From NCBI GenBank assembly GCA_034439575.1, contig JAWXAQ010000029.1:22383-86382 (forward strand): a stretch of 64,000 nucleotides of DNA, read 5' to 3'. This stretch comes from Leptospira sp. Lineage in GTDB: Bacteria; Spirochaetota; Leptospiria; Leptospirales; Leptospiraceae. The notes under the pieces were generated by a model. The model saw only the letters and a list, made by a program, of their open reading frames with translations. It made no database searches and had not been told where the DNA came from. Shown here one piece after another: positions 43,389 through 53,669 of this stretch (its first letter is position 1; every line of letters begins with the position of its first letter). A program made the translations under genes and the position numbers.

Positions 43389-45502
43389 TGAATCTTAAAG
43401 ATTTACTCAAACAATCTGATTTAATCCTCGGCGTTGGGGTATTAGTCATCTTAGGAATGTTAATCGTTCCTCTTCCTGGTTTTATTTTAGACGTATTGCT
43501 TGTATTTAGTATAGGATTGGGTCTTTTGATTTTACTTACGGCACTCTCTGTAACCGAACCGAGTGAATTTTCGATTTTTCCAAGTTTATTACTCATTACT
43601 ACTTTGTTTCGTTTAGCTTTAAATGTTTCTACCACGAGACAAATTTTATCCAAAGGACCAGCTATGAATTCGAGTGTCATCGAAGCATTCGGAACATTTG
43701 TGATAGGTGGCGAAGCGGGTATGGGGAAATATGTCGTTGGACTTATTATCTTTATCATATTAACAATTGTTCAAGTAGTAGTAATCACAAAAGGTGCTAC
43801 TAGAATTTCAGAAGTTGCAGCCAGATTCACTTTGGATGGATTACCTCAGAAACAAATGTCCATTGATATGGAGTTAAATAGCGGCGCCATCACGGAACAA
43901 GAAGCAAAATTTAAACGAGATAAACTACAAAGAGAAGTAAATTTTTATGGGGCAATGGATGGAGCCTCAAAATTTGTGCAAGGTGACGTACGAGCAGGAT
44001 TGATTATTACCGCCATCAACCTGATAGGCGGAATCATTATTGGAGCTTCAATTCGCGGTGAGGGAATTATGGCCGCAATCGAAACCTATGGAAAATTCAC
44101 TATTGGTGATGGTTTGGTTTCCCAAATCCCAGGTCTATTATCTACAACTGCAACTGGTATCATTGTTACACGATCAAGTTCAGAAAAGAAACTTACAAAT
44201 GAAATCGGGACACAATTATTTGGGAATGCTAAAACTTTGTATGTAGTATCTGGGGCACTGGCTCTTGCAAGTCTGATTCCTGGCTTACCATTTTTCTCAT
44301 TAATTATTCTATCTGCGGGCATAGGTTATCTCGGGTATTCAATCGAGCAAGTGGCTAAAGAAGAAATTAAAAAGATTGAAACCGTCTCACAAGAAAAGGT
44401 TTCTGAAAGAAAACCTGAAAATTATATCAAAGAGATTACAGTTGAAGCGATTCAGGTAGAGTTAGGTCGTGATTTATTGCCCTTAGTCGATGCATCGTCT
44501 GGCGGCCATTTGCTAGAACAAATTGCAAATACAAGAAAAAAATTCGCAACTGATTTTGGTTTGGTGATACCTGCAATAAGGATAGTCGACAATTTAGAGA
44601 TCCCGCATGATAACTATTCTATCCGTATCAATGGTGTGGTGGTTGGGCAATCTGTTGTGAAGGCAGATCGTTTGATGGCTATGAATACTTCCCAAAGAGA
44701 ATTGGAAACTATTACAGGTGAAAATTTCCAAGAACCGGCCTTTGGCATGAAAGCGATTTGGATAGATCCAAACACAAGACCTGATGTAGAAAACAAGGGT
44801 TATACAGTTGTTGATCCATCGACTGTTATTATCACCCATCTTAAAGAGCTGATATCCACTTATGCATCTCAACTACTTGGGCGTGAAGAGGTGAAGGCTT
44901 TACTTGAACATCTTCGCCAAACACATCCTACACTAGTACAAGAGTTAGACTATGACAAAGGTGGAAGACTCGGAATCATACAGCAAACTTTGCAGAATCT
45001 TTTGACAGAAGGTTTATCTATTAAAAATCTTCCGAAGATTATGGAAGCCATTGCAAATCATATAATGAGAGCTAATGGAGATTCATTTCTTCTTTCTGAA
45101 TCAGTAAGACAAGCAATATCTAGACAAATCGTAAATGATTTTCTATCAGCTGATGGCAAACTTCATGTTGTGACGATAGATCCAAGAATTATGGATCGAT
45201 TAAATCGAAGTTTAATGCAAGACGAAGTCGAAGGAAGAATCATAGTTTTACCACATGATGTTAGAGTTCGAATTATGGAAGCTGTGTTTGCTGAATTGCA
45301 AAAAGCTGCCGAAGAAGGGAGATTTTTAATTTTTGTCATTTCTAGACATTTAAGACAGCCCTTTGCATTTTTATTAGCCAAAGAATTGCCACCTAGAAAC
45401 TTTGCAGTAATTGCTTCTGAAGAGATCCAAAGAGGTGTTCCGACTGATATTGCCTCAGTGCTTACACTTGTCACTAAGGAGGAACAAACTCAAGAAGCAT
45501 AA
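43388..45502 (+). CDS. flhA: Flagellar export gate protein FlhA
   Basis: [43 protein letters not shown]. Confidence 0.93.
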   Translation: MNLKDLLKQSDLILGVGVLVILGMLIVPLPGFILDVLLVFSIGLGLLILLTALSVTEPSEFSIFPSLLLITTLFRLALNVSTTRQILSKGPAMNSSVIEAFGTFVIGGEAGMGKYVVGLIIFIILTIVQVVVITKGATRISEVAARFTLDGLPQKQMSIDMELNSGAITEQEAKFKRDKLQREVNFYGAMDGASKFVQGDVRAGLIITAINLIGGIIIGASIRGEGIMAAIETYGKFTIGDGLVSQIPGLLSTTATGIIVTRSSSEKKLTNEIGTQLFGNAKTLYVVSGALALASLIPGLPFFSLIILSAGIGYLGYSIEQVAKEEIKKIETVSQEKVSERKPENYIKEITVEAIQVELGRDLLPLVDASSGGHLLEQIANTRKKFATDFGLVIPAIRIVDNLEIPHDNYSIRINGVVVGQSVVKADRLMAMNTSQRELETITGENFQEPAFGMKAIWIDPNTRPDVENKGYTVVDPSTVIITHLKELISTYASQLLGREEVKALLEHLRQTHPTLVQELDYDKGGRLGIIQQTLQNLLTEGLSIKNLPKIMEAIANHIMRANGDSFLLSESVRQAISRQIVNDFLSADGKLHVVTIDPRIMDRLNRSLMQDEVEGRIIVLPHDVRVRIMEAVFAELQKAAEEGRFLIFVISRHLRQPFAFLLAKELPPRNFAVIASEEIQRGVPTDIASVLTLVTKEEQTQEA

Positions 45503-45509
45503 ATGATTC

Positions 45510-46493
45510 ATGAATAAAGAAATTTCGCCCATCTATCACTTGTCTATCGCACCAATGATGGATTGGACAGATAGGCACTATCGTTATTTCATGAGACTCA
45601 TTACAAAAAAGACTTTGTTATATACGGAGATGGTGACAACTGGAGCCATACTTCGTGGCAAAGACCGCCATCGTTATCTTGATTTTTCTCCTGTAGAACA
45701 CCCGATCGCCTTACAATTAGGTGGTGATGATCCTCTTGACCTTGCCGAATGTTCAAAGATAGGAGAAGATTTTGGATATGATGAGATCAATTTGAATGTA
45801 GGATGTCCATCTGACCGTGTACAAAGTGGAGCATTTGGGGCTTGTTTGATGAAAGAACCAAAGCGAGTTGCAGATATGATCGAGTCCATGAAAAAGGCTT
45901 CGAAATTGCCAATTACCGTAAAACATAGAATAGGTGTGAATGGAAAAGAAAGCCTCGAAGATTTAGTTTCTTTTGTGCAAACAATATATGATGCTGGTGT
46001 TGATCGAATTATCATACATGCTCGAATTGCAATACTTGAAGGATTATCTCCTGCAGAAAATAGAACCATACCTCCCTTACGATACGATGATGTGTATCAA
46101 ATTCAGAAACTTTTTCCCAATTTACCTGTAGCAATAAATGGCGGTATCATAGATTTTGATTCCGCGAATTTACATCTAGAACATGTTAATGGAGTAATGA
46201 TTGGTCGCGCGGCGTATGAAAATCCCTATCTTTTTGCGAAAGCAGATTCGTTGTTTTATCATTCTAATGATCCAGGATATTCGAGAGAAGAAGTGCTACA
46301 AAATTTGATTTCATATGTTCAATCCCTTGAGTCTTCGGGAACTAAACTACATCATGTTATGCGGCACGTTCTTGGTCTTTATCATGGAATGAACGGTGCA
46401 AGGATGTTTCGTAGGTTCTTTTCAGAAAATATGCACAGGCCAGATAGCAGTCATCAATTGATTAGTGAATTTTTAAAGTTAAAAAATTCTTAA
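45510..46493 (+). CDS. dusA: tRNA-dihydrouridine(20/20a) synthase DusA
   Basis: APMMDWTDRH, LYTEMV, NLNVGCPSDRV, GLSPAENRTIPPL. Confidence 0.93.
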   Translation: MNKEISPIYHLSIAPMMDWTDRHYRYFMRLITKKTLLYTEMVTTGAILRGKDRHRYLDFSPVEHPIALQLGGDDPLDLAECSKIGEDFGYDEINLNVGCPSDRVQSGAFGACLMKEPKRVADMIESMKKASKLPITVKHRIGVNGKESLEDLVSFVQTIYDAGVDRIIIHARIAILEGLSPAENRTIPPLRYDDVYQIQKLFPNLPVAINGGIIDFDSANLHLEHVNGVMIGRAAYENPYLFAKADSLFYHSNDPGYSREEVLQNLISYVQSLESSGTKLHHVMRHVLGLYHGMNGARMFRRFFSENMHRPDSSHQLISEFLKLKNS

Positions 46494-46779
46494 CATAAAT
46501 CTCAAAAGTGATTAAAACTATGGTTTTGATTTTAATAATGAATTTGATTTATACCTAATTCATTTTTCCTTATAATCCTGATTTGAGGACGATTTGTTCT
46601 TTAGCCTCTAAATCTCATTCTGTAAAATATAGAAATCCATATCTATCACTCTTTAATATAAAGAGAAGTTCAGATATTTCGAGTATAACATACCTCAGCA
46701 AAAATACTCCAATTCATATAAATGCTTTACAATAAATCGAGAATTCATTTACTTATCGAACCTATATTTCTCTTAAAAC

Positions 46780-47895
46780 ATGACTGTATTCTTCAAATTT
46801 TTAAAAGATAAATCGCTTCTAACTGCTTTATTTATCATCATAACATGTGAATTGTTGATGCAGTTTGGTTGTTATAAACCTTTTTTACGAAAACATTCTT
46901 ATGCACAGAATATAAATCATATCACAGATACGGCTATAACCTCTTTAAATTCACTAAATCCGAATGTACTGATAGTGGGAACTTCCATTGCGTATGAAGG
47001 AATATCTGTTGAGCGATTAAATCGTGCTTTGGATAAAAAAGGATTCATATTCCAGAATATTGGCATACCAGGTAGCGAACTGATCATTCAAGATCTTGCA
47101 TTGAGAAAAATTTTAGCAAATAAAAATCAAATAAAGTACATTATACACGTCAATGAATTACATCTTCCCTGGGTAAATCGTAAAAAAATCATTGATTCCA
47201 GTCTAGCTATGTTAGGTGAATTTGATAGAAGTGTCTCCGTAAAAAGGTTGAGAGAAGATGAATACGATGTAAATTGGAAAGATTATTCTTCCATTTTCAT
47301 TAAATGGATCTCATATCGTAAGGACATTGGCGATTTAATTTTAAAACCTGACAAACGTTGGAAAGAATCAAGAAGATTTAAAAAAAATAATACGGAATCT
47401 CCTTTTGCGTATACAAACATTTATACTCAATCCTTATCACATTTTCAATTTAACGACTTAAGCGATTGTAAAATTAAAACTTCTCCTGGCTCTTTGATTC
47501 CAGAAGGCTCAGATCGACATCATTTAGATGCAGTTCATAAAACTTGCAGTCTCGTTTCCGATACGAAATTAAGTTTAGATAGAAATGAAGACACTGAGTT
47601 ATTTAAAATTCGATTAAAGAATCTTTATAGTTTTATTAAAAGTCAAAATATCAAAATTATTAATATTTACCCACCAGTGTCTTCTTATTTGGATCATAAG
47701 GATCACCAGACTAGAAAAGAATTCTGGGATAAAGAATTTGAAGATATTTTAAGCAATATGAAATTGGATCTAACGGATGTTATTCCTGAGAAAAATAATT
47801 CTGATTATTATTATGATGTGATTCACTTAAATCAGAAAGGGATGCAAATATTTACGGATTCACTTGCTAAATCCATACTGGAATTGAAGATTTAA
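46780..47895 (+). CDS. Membrane-anchored SGNH/DltD-like protein (probable acyl-transfer partner)
   Basis: N-terminal TM, VGTS and C-terminal DVIHLN (DxxH) motifs; coupled to the MBOAT gene. Confidence 0.6.
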   Translation: MTVFFKFLKDKSLLTALFIIITCELLMQFGCYKPFLRKHSYAQNINHITDTAITSLNSLNPNVLIVGTSIAYEGISVERLNRALDKKGFIFQNIGIPGSELIIQDLALRKILANKNQIKYIIHVNELHLPWVNRKKIIDSSLAMLGEFDRSVSVKRLREDEYDVNWKDYSSIFIKWISYRKDIGDLILKPDKRWKESRRFKKNNTESPFAYTNIYTQSLSHFQFNDLSDCKIKTSPGSLIPEGSDRHHLDAVHKTCSLVSDTKLSLDRNEDTELFKIRLKNLYSFIKSQNIKIINIYPPVSSYLDHKDHQTRKEFWDKEFEDILSNMKLDLTDVIPEKNNSDYYYDVIHLNQKGMQIFTDSLAKSILELKI

Positions 47896-49295
47896 TGTTA
47901 TTTAATTCTTTACATTTTCTTTTCTTTTTCCCTGCGATTTGGATACTTTATCAGTTTGCTGGAAAATACAAATCCATTTTACTAGTTATCGCCAGTTTTT
48001 ATTTTTATATGGCATGGAATTATTATTTCATCGCCTTACTTTTATTTTCTATAGTCATTGATTATTATGCTTCGCTTTCGATTTCAAAATTAGAAATTCA
48101 AGATCCGAAGCGAAAATTGTATCTTATATTATCTTTAGTAACTAACATTGGTTTTTTGGCATATTTTAAATATACAAATTTTTTGTTAGGAATTTGGAAT
48201 GATTTCGGGATTGGTGGGTATAGGTTTCCGATATATGATATCATATTACCAGTCGGTATATCATTTTATACATTTCAATCCATGAGTTATACGATTGATG
48301 TATATAGAGGATTGATACCTGCAAGAAAATCCTTTTTAGAATTTTCTTTATATGTTTCTTTTTTTCCACAATTGGTTGCAGGTCCCATCGTTCGTGCGAC
48401 TACTTTCTTTAGAGACTTAGAGAATCGGTTACCAGTAGATTTGGAAGTTTTTCGTTCATCCTTCGCACAAATATTACTCGGATTTACAAAAAAAGTAGTA
48501 TTTGCAGATAATTTAGCTGTATGTGTCGATCTTGTATACGCTAATCCACAAAACTATGGTTCGGTGGATACTTGGATTGCGGTATTTGCTTTTATGTGGC
48601 AAATTTATTTTGATTTTTCAGGATATACTGATATTGCAATTGGTGTAGCACGGTTATTTGGTTTTCAATTCGATATTAATTTTTATTTTCCATTCAATGT
48701 GACAAGTGTCAGTGAACATTGGTCTAGATGGCACATTTCATTTACTTCGTGGATTAGAGATTATATCTTTATTCCTTTGGGTGGTTCTAGAGGTAGTGAG
48801 TGGATCGTATGTCGAAATATATTCATCACTCTTTTGTTTGGTGGGATATGGCATGGGGCAGGAATGAATTTTCTATATTGGGGCATTTGGAATGCAAGTA
48901 TGCTTGTGATTGAAAGACAATATGCGAAGACTAAGATTCGTACATTCTTTACTGCGAAAGGTGGTTACGTATATCTTGGATTATGTAAAATAGCAACTTT
49001 GGTATGCCTGGCTTTGGGATTGCCATTGTTTAGAGGGGAAACCACAAATGATGCCTTCATTATGTTTACGAATATGTTTGAATTGGCGAATTTTTTCAAA
49101 GAACCAGTACTAATGTTTCCATATTTAAAATTGATTTTATTATTATTTATCTCAGCACAAATATTCCAAAGATATAATAGTAAAAGAATGTTATTAAACC
49201 CACGCAGTTACACAATGTTTATATTGGCAAATTTTATCATGATACTATGTTTTGCTGTGACCGAGGCAAAGAGTTTTATTTACTTCGCATTTTAG
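47895..49295 (+). CDS. MBOAT O-acyltransferase (AlgI/DltB family)
   Basis: MLFNS, LPVGISFYTFQ, FFPQLVAGPI, DFSGYTD, WSRWHIS, GIWHGA. Confidence 0.92.
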   Translation: MLFNSLHFLFFFPAIWILYQFAGKYKSILLVIASFYFYMAWNYYFIALLLFSIVIDYYASLSISKLEIQDPKRKLYLILSLVTNIGFLAYFKYTNFLLGIWNDFGIGGYRFPIYDIILPVGISFYTFQSMSYTIDVYRGLIPARKSFLEFSLYVSFFPQLVAGPIVRATTFFRDLENRLPVDLEVFRSSFAQILLGFTKKVVFADNLAVCVDLVYANPQNYGSVDTWIAVFAFMWQIYFDFSGYTDIAIGVARLFGFQFDINFYFPFNVTSVSEHWSRWHISFTSWIRDYIFIPLGGSRGSEWIVCRNIFITLLFGGIWHGAGMNFLYWGIWNASMLVIERQYAKTKIRTFFTAKGGYVYLGLCKIATLVCLALGLPLFRGETTNDAFIMFTNMFELANFFKEPVLMFPYLKLILLLFISAQIFQRYNSKRMLLNPRSYTMFILANFIMILCFAVTEAKSFIYFAF

Positions 49296-49407
49296 CGAGA
49301 GGGATAGTAAGGGCGCGTAGCGGTCGCTCTGCGACCGAAGCCCTGCATAGCCCGGCCCCAAGTATTCAATAGAAAATATTCAATTGGTTTATGTTGGGGG
49401 CTCGCCC
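49295..49407 (+). ncRNA. Structured intergenic element, Flavo-1-like RNA/REP-like repeat, copy 1
   Basis: GC-rich nested stems: gcgag/ctcgc, ggg.ta/ta.ccc, agggc/gccct, cggtcgc/gcgaccg, gcccca/tgggggc; same scaffold as 50409-50525; family name from recall only. Confidence 0.55.
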
Positions 49408-49708
49408 ATATAATTCTGAGAGCAAATTTCAAAACATTTTGAATATTATTATAATAAATTGATGCCAGAACTTAGTTTATAATTGGTTGGAAAACTCAAA
49501 CGAGAATATAGATTCAGGGAGAATTGATTTCAATCAGCTAAAGAATATTGGGCGAAGAATAATTATTCCTTCTTGAAAGAATAAAATTTTCTTTAGCAAG
49601 TTAGGCGTATGCCGTTGATTTGAAGAAATAAAATGTAAAACTGTTATCATCCAGAATGAGATCCAATAAAATATTAAACTTTTCAAAAAAAAGTGCCCCA
49701 CATTCCCA

Positions 49709-49737
49709 TTGACAGACCCTTCTTTACGAAGTAAAAT
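49709..49737 (+). promoter_or_regulatory. Near-consensus sigma70 promoter of the Uma2 gene
   Basis: TTGACA (49709)-17 bp-TAAAAT (49732); ATG at 49744 falls at the expected +1. Confidence 0.7.
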
Positions 49738-49743
49738 ATGATC

Positions 49744-50307
49744 ATGTCTGATGTTGCGCTTTCCAAAGAATCTCCTAAATATGCTGGTTTGAAAGTCTCA
49801 AGGGAAGAATACCTGAGTCTGCCTGATGATGGATTTAATTACGACATGATCGATGGAGTGCTAACCTTGAGTCCGAGTGGATTTTTTGATCATGGGAAGA
49901 TTGCGAATCGATTTGGCCATACATTGCAAAATTATTTAGATAGGAATTCTTCTGGAGAATTGACTATCGAAACCGATATTTTTCTTCCCGACGGAGGTGA
50001 TGTGCTCCGACCAGACATTAGTTTTATTTTAAATGAAAATCTTTCCATTGTTAAAGGTCACATTCATGGAGTGCCCGATCTCATCTGTGAAGTGCTCAGT
50101 GATTCCACACGCAGTCGTGATCTAGGAGTGAAAGCGGATCGTTATTTGTTAAATGGTGTGAAGGAATATTGGATTGTTGACCCGAAGGTTAAGGAAATCC
50201 AAGTTTGGATCAATTTGAATCAGAAAGAATGGGAAAAGATATCTGGTGATGTATTAAATAGCAAACTATTGTCAGGTTTTTTGATAACAAAAGGGAGTCT
50301 GTTTTAA
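49744..50307 (+). CDS. Uma2-family (DUF820) PD-(D/E)XK endonuclease
   Basis: YDMIDG, SP...H, LRPDI, PDLICEVLS.ST..D...K...Y...GVKEYWIVDP. Confidence 0.9.
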   Translation: MSDVALSKESPKYAGLKVSREEYLSLPDDGFNYDMIDGVLTLSPSGFFDHGKIANRFGHTLQNYLDRNSSGELTIETDIFLPDGGDVLRPDISFILNENLSIVKGHIHGVPDLICEVLSDSTRSRDLGVKADRYLLNGVKEYWIVDPKVKEIQVWINLNQKEWEKISGDVLNSKLLSGFLITKGSLF

Positions 50308-50408
50308 GCAAAATTCTTTTCAGATACATTTAGAATCGAAAGATCGATATTTTAAAAATTTCAAATTAGTTTCTTTTCGCAAAGTCTTTCCATAAAATCA
50401 AATTTCGC

Positions 50409-50525
50409 GCGTCAGGGATACGTAGGGCTTGGTCTGCTGTAGACAGACGGAAGCGTAAGCGAACCCCGTAGTAGACCGACCACATAAACTCTGCAATGTG
50501 ACAATTGCAAAAAATGGGGACGCCC
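50409..50525 (+). ncRNA. Structured intergenic element, Flavo-1-like RNA/REP-like repeat, copy 2
   Basis: gcgtc/gacgc closing stem, AGGGATA-N3-AGGGC, gtctg/cagac, TAGACCGACC, tgcaat/attgca, ends in CGCCC like copy 1. Confidence 0.55.
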
Positions 50526-50743
50526 AATGGACATTCAATTCCCTTGTCAAGGAAATAAATTCGCGCGAGCTATCTGCATATAACACCATTTAGGCGGTAT
50601 TGTGGAATTTTATTCCCTAATAAATGGAATCTCATTCGCAAATCGACTGATAACAGTCCTTTTTCGATGCCAAAATCTATTAAAATCAAAAGAGTTGACA
50701 GGCGACATTCTCTTCTCAGCCTGGCTTTTGAGAGGGAATTATT

Positions 50744-52438
50744 ATGGCCAAACCACTCACTGTACAAAGCGATAAAACGATGCTACTCGAGGTTGATAAC
50801 CCCGAATTTGAACCGTGTCGAGATCTAATAGCGAAATTCGCTGAACTTGAAAAAAGCCCGGAATATATGCATACGTATCGCATTTCTCCCCTTTCTCTGT
50901 GGAATGCGGCTTCCATCAAAATGAGCGCGGAAGAAATCATCGAAGGACTTATATCTTTTGCACGATATTCAGTCCCCAAAAATGTGATCAATGAAATCAA
51001 AGAACAGATTTCCCGTTATGGAAAAGTAAAATTAGTCAAAGAAGAAACTGGTGAACTTTATATCATTTCAAATGAAATGGGTTTCATTACAGAGATTGCC
51101 AATAACAGAGCCGTACAACCGTTTGTTGATGGCATGGAAGGCGATAAAATTCGTATTAAAAAAGAATATCGTGGTCACATCAAACAAGCTCTGATAAAAA
51201 TCGGACTTCCAGTAGAGGATCTTGCCGGCTACGATGAAGGAAATAAATATCCATTTAACCTCCGTCCTACGACAAAAGGCGGGACCAAGTTCGGAATGCG
51301 AGATTACCAAAGAGCTTCTGTGGAAGCATTTCACGCGGGTGGTAGAAACGAAGGTGGCTCCGGTGTCGTCGTTCTTCCTTGCGGTGCTGGGAAAACCATT
51401 GTTGGTATGGGGGTCATGCAAATAGTCGGAGCTGAGACTCTCATCTTAGTAACGAACACTTTGTCCATTCGTCAGTGGCGAAATGAAATTTTAGACAAAA
51501 CTGATATCCCTGAAACAGATATTGGAGAGTATTCTGGTGAGATGAAAGAAATCAAACCGATTACCATCGCAACTTATAATATTCTAACTCACAGAAAAAA
51601 GAAAGGTGGGGATTTTACACATTTCCATATATTCAGTGCGAATAACTGGGGTTTAATTGTATACGATGAGGTTCACTTATTGCCTGCACCAGTTTTCCGT
51701 ATGACTTCAGAGTTACAAGCAAAACGAAGGTTAGGTTTGACTGCGACATTGGTGCGCGAAGATGGTTTAGAAGAAGACGTATTCTCGCTCATTGGGCCAA
51801 AAAAATATGATGTGCCTTGGAAGGAACTGGAAGCAAAATCTTGGATCGCAGAAGCGAATTGTATAGAAATTCGTGTTCCTATGGAAGAAGATCTTCGTAT
51901 GCGTTATTCGGTCGCAGATGATCGTGAAAAATTTCGTCTCGCATCAGAAAATCCTGAAAAATTGAGAGCGATTGATTTTATCCTTAGAAAACATGCGACT
52001 AACAATATTTTGATTATTGGACAATACATCAATCAGTTGGAAGAAATATCTCAAACTTTTAAAATTCCACTTATCACTGGTAAAACTCCATTACCCGAAA
52101 GGCAGGAACTTTACCAAGCTTTTAGGACTGGCCAAATCAAACAGCTCGTAGTATCGAAAGTTGCCAACTTCTCGATCGACTTACCGGATGCGAATATCGC
52201 CATTCAGGTCTCTGGAACTTTTGGTAGCCGTCAAGAAGAAGCTCAGCGTTTAGGTAGAATTTTGCGTCCAAAGGTTAACGACAATACGGCGATATTCTAT
52301 TCACTGATTTCACGAGATACGAATGAAGAACGATTCGGCCAAAACCGACAATTGTTCCTCACCGAACAAGGGTATGAATATGAAATTTATACTCTCGACC
52401 AATTTAAAGAAACTGTGCCTGAAGGGGCTCATAGATAA
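50744..52438 (+). CDS. DNA repair helicase XPB (bacterial Rad25/ERCC3 family)
   Basis: PLTVQSD, FAELEKSPE..HTYR, LPCGAGKT, DEVH, GLTATLVRED, QRLGRILR. Confidence 0.93.
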   Translation: MAKPLTVQSDKTMLLEVDNPEFEPCRDLIAKFAELEKSPEYMHTYRISPLSLWNAASIKMSAEEIIEGLISFARYSVPKNVINEIKEQISRYGKVKLVKEETGELYIISNEMGFITEIANNRAVQPFVDGMEGDKIRIKKEYRGHIKQALIKIGLPVEDLAGYDEGNKYPFNLRPTTKGGTKFGMRDYQRASVEAFHAGGRNEGGSGVVVLPCGAGKTIVGMGVMQIVGAETLILVTNTLSIRQWRNEILDKTDIPETDIGEYSGEMKEIKPITIATYNILTHRKKKGGDFTHFHIFSANNWGLIVYDEVHLLPAPVFRMTSELQAKRRLGLTATLVREDGLEEDVFSLIGPKKYDVPWKELEAKSWIAEANCIEIRVPMEEDLRMRYSVADDREKFRLASENPEKLRAIDFILRKHATNNILIIGQYINQLEEISQTFKIPLITGKTPLPERQELYQAFRTGQIKQLVVSKVANFSIDLPDANIAIQVSGTFGSRQEEAQRLGRILRPKVNDNTAIFYSLISRDTNEERFGQNRQLFLTEQGYEYEIYTLDQFKETVPEGAHR

Positions 52439-52450
52439 TTTGAGGAAAAA

Positions 52451-53668
52451 ATGAAACTCGTTGCAAAACGTTTGGATGTTGTAGAACCTTCGCCAACTTT
52501 GGCGATCACCGCTAAAGCGAACCAGCTAAAGGCGAGTGGAATTGATGTGGTGGGATTTGGAGCAGGGGAACCTGACTTTGATACCCCAGCACATATCAAA
52601 GAAGCCGCTAAAAAAGCTATGGATCAGGGAAAAACTAAATACACTCCCGTTAGTGGGACTGTTAGTTTACGCGATGCCATCATTCAAAAGTTTAAGACGG
52701 ACAATGGTTTGAGTTATGAACGTAATCAAATCATTGTAGGTACTGGCGGAAAACAAGTTTTATACAATTTTTTTATGGCAACACTAAACCCAGGGGATGA
52801 GGTAATTATACCTGCACCATATTGGGTAAGTTATGCGGATATTGTCAGACTTGCTGAAGGTGTACCAGTTATCGTTTCAACTGATATCTCTAGTGGATTT
52901 AAAATCACTGCGGAACAACTACAAAAAGCCATCACAAATAAGACAAAGGTTTTTATTTTTAATTCACCATCGAATCCGACAGGAGCTGCTTACACTCGTT
53001 CGGATGTTGAAAAGTTAGTTAAAGTATTAGAACCAAAAGATATCATCACAGTCTCCGATGATATTTATGAAAAAATCATTTATGATGGTTTAGAATTTGT
53101 AAATCCAGCTATGATTTCAAATATTATGAAAGAAAAAACTTTCGTAGTGAATGGAGTCTCAAAAGCTTATTCCATGACAGGATGGCGCATTGGTTATGCG
53201 GCAGGCAATGCAGAGATTATCAAAAATATGGATACGATGCAAGGTCAATCTACTTCCAATGCTTCCTCTATTTCTCAGGCCGCGGCGGAAGCGGCACTTC
53301 TCGGAGATCAAAAACCTGTAGAAGAAATGCGCTTAGCGTTTGATAAACGACGCAAATATATGGTTTCTTTGCTTAATGAAATTTCAGGTGTAGAATGTCG
53401 TATGCCTGAAGGTGCTTTTTATGCATTTCCATATATTACAGGCGTTTATCAAATGGATGGATTTCAAAAATTGATAAAAGAAAAAAATGAAACCTCCTTA
53501 TCGAAACTATTTTGCGATATTTTACTTGATAAATACAATGTTGCCGCTGTACCAGGCATTGCGTTTGGAGATGATAAAGCGATTCGACTTTCCTATGCAC
53601 TTGGCGAAAAGGATATAGAGAAGGGAGTCTCTCGCATCAAACAGATGGTTGACGACTTAAAAAAGTAA
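52451..53668 (+). CDS. PLP-dependent class I/II (aspartate) aminotransferase
   Basis: GAGEPDF, NSPSNPTG, DDIY, SKAYSMTGWRIGY. Confidence 0.92.
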   Translation: MKLVAKRLDVVEPSPTLAITAKANQLKASGIDVVGFGAGEPDFDTPAHIKEAAKKAMDQGKTKYTPVSGTVSLRDAIIQKFKTDNGLSYERNQIIVGTGGKQVLYNFFMATLNPGDEVIIPAPYWVSYADIVRLAEGVPVIVSTDISSGFKITAEQLQKAITNKTKVFIFNSPSNPTGAAYTRSDVEKLVKVLEPKDIITVSDDIYEKIIYDGLEFVNPAMISNIMKEKTFVVNGVSKAYSMTGWRIGYAAGNAEIIKNMDTMQGQSTSNASSISQAAAEAALLGDQKPVEEMRLAFDKRRKYMVSLLNEISGVECRMPEGAFYAFPYITGVYQMDGFQKLIKEKNETSLSKLFCDILLDKYNVAAVPGIAFGDDKAIRLSYALGEKDIEKGVSRIKQMVDDLKK

Positions 53669-53669
53669 C

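Noticed and set aside
45510-46780. Possible dusA-associated integrative element
   Set aside because: dusA is intact and no integrase or duplicated dusA end is visible
49410-49700. Possible decayed gene remnant between element copy 1 and Uma2
   Set aside because: Only short stop-interrupted frames; no family could be recognised
50398-50767. Short minus-strand ORFs (63 and 65 aa)
   Set aside because: They overlap the structured element and the XPB upstream region, with no protein-like motifs
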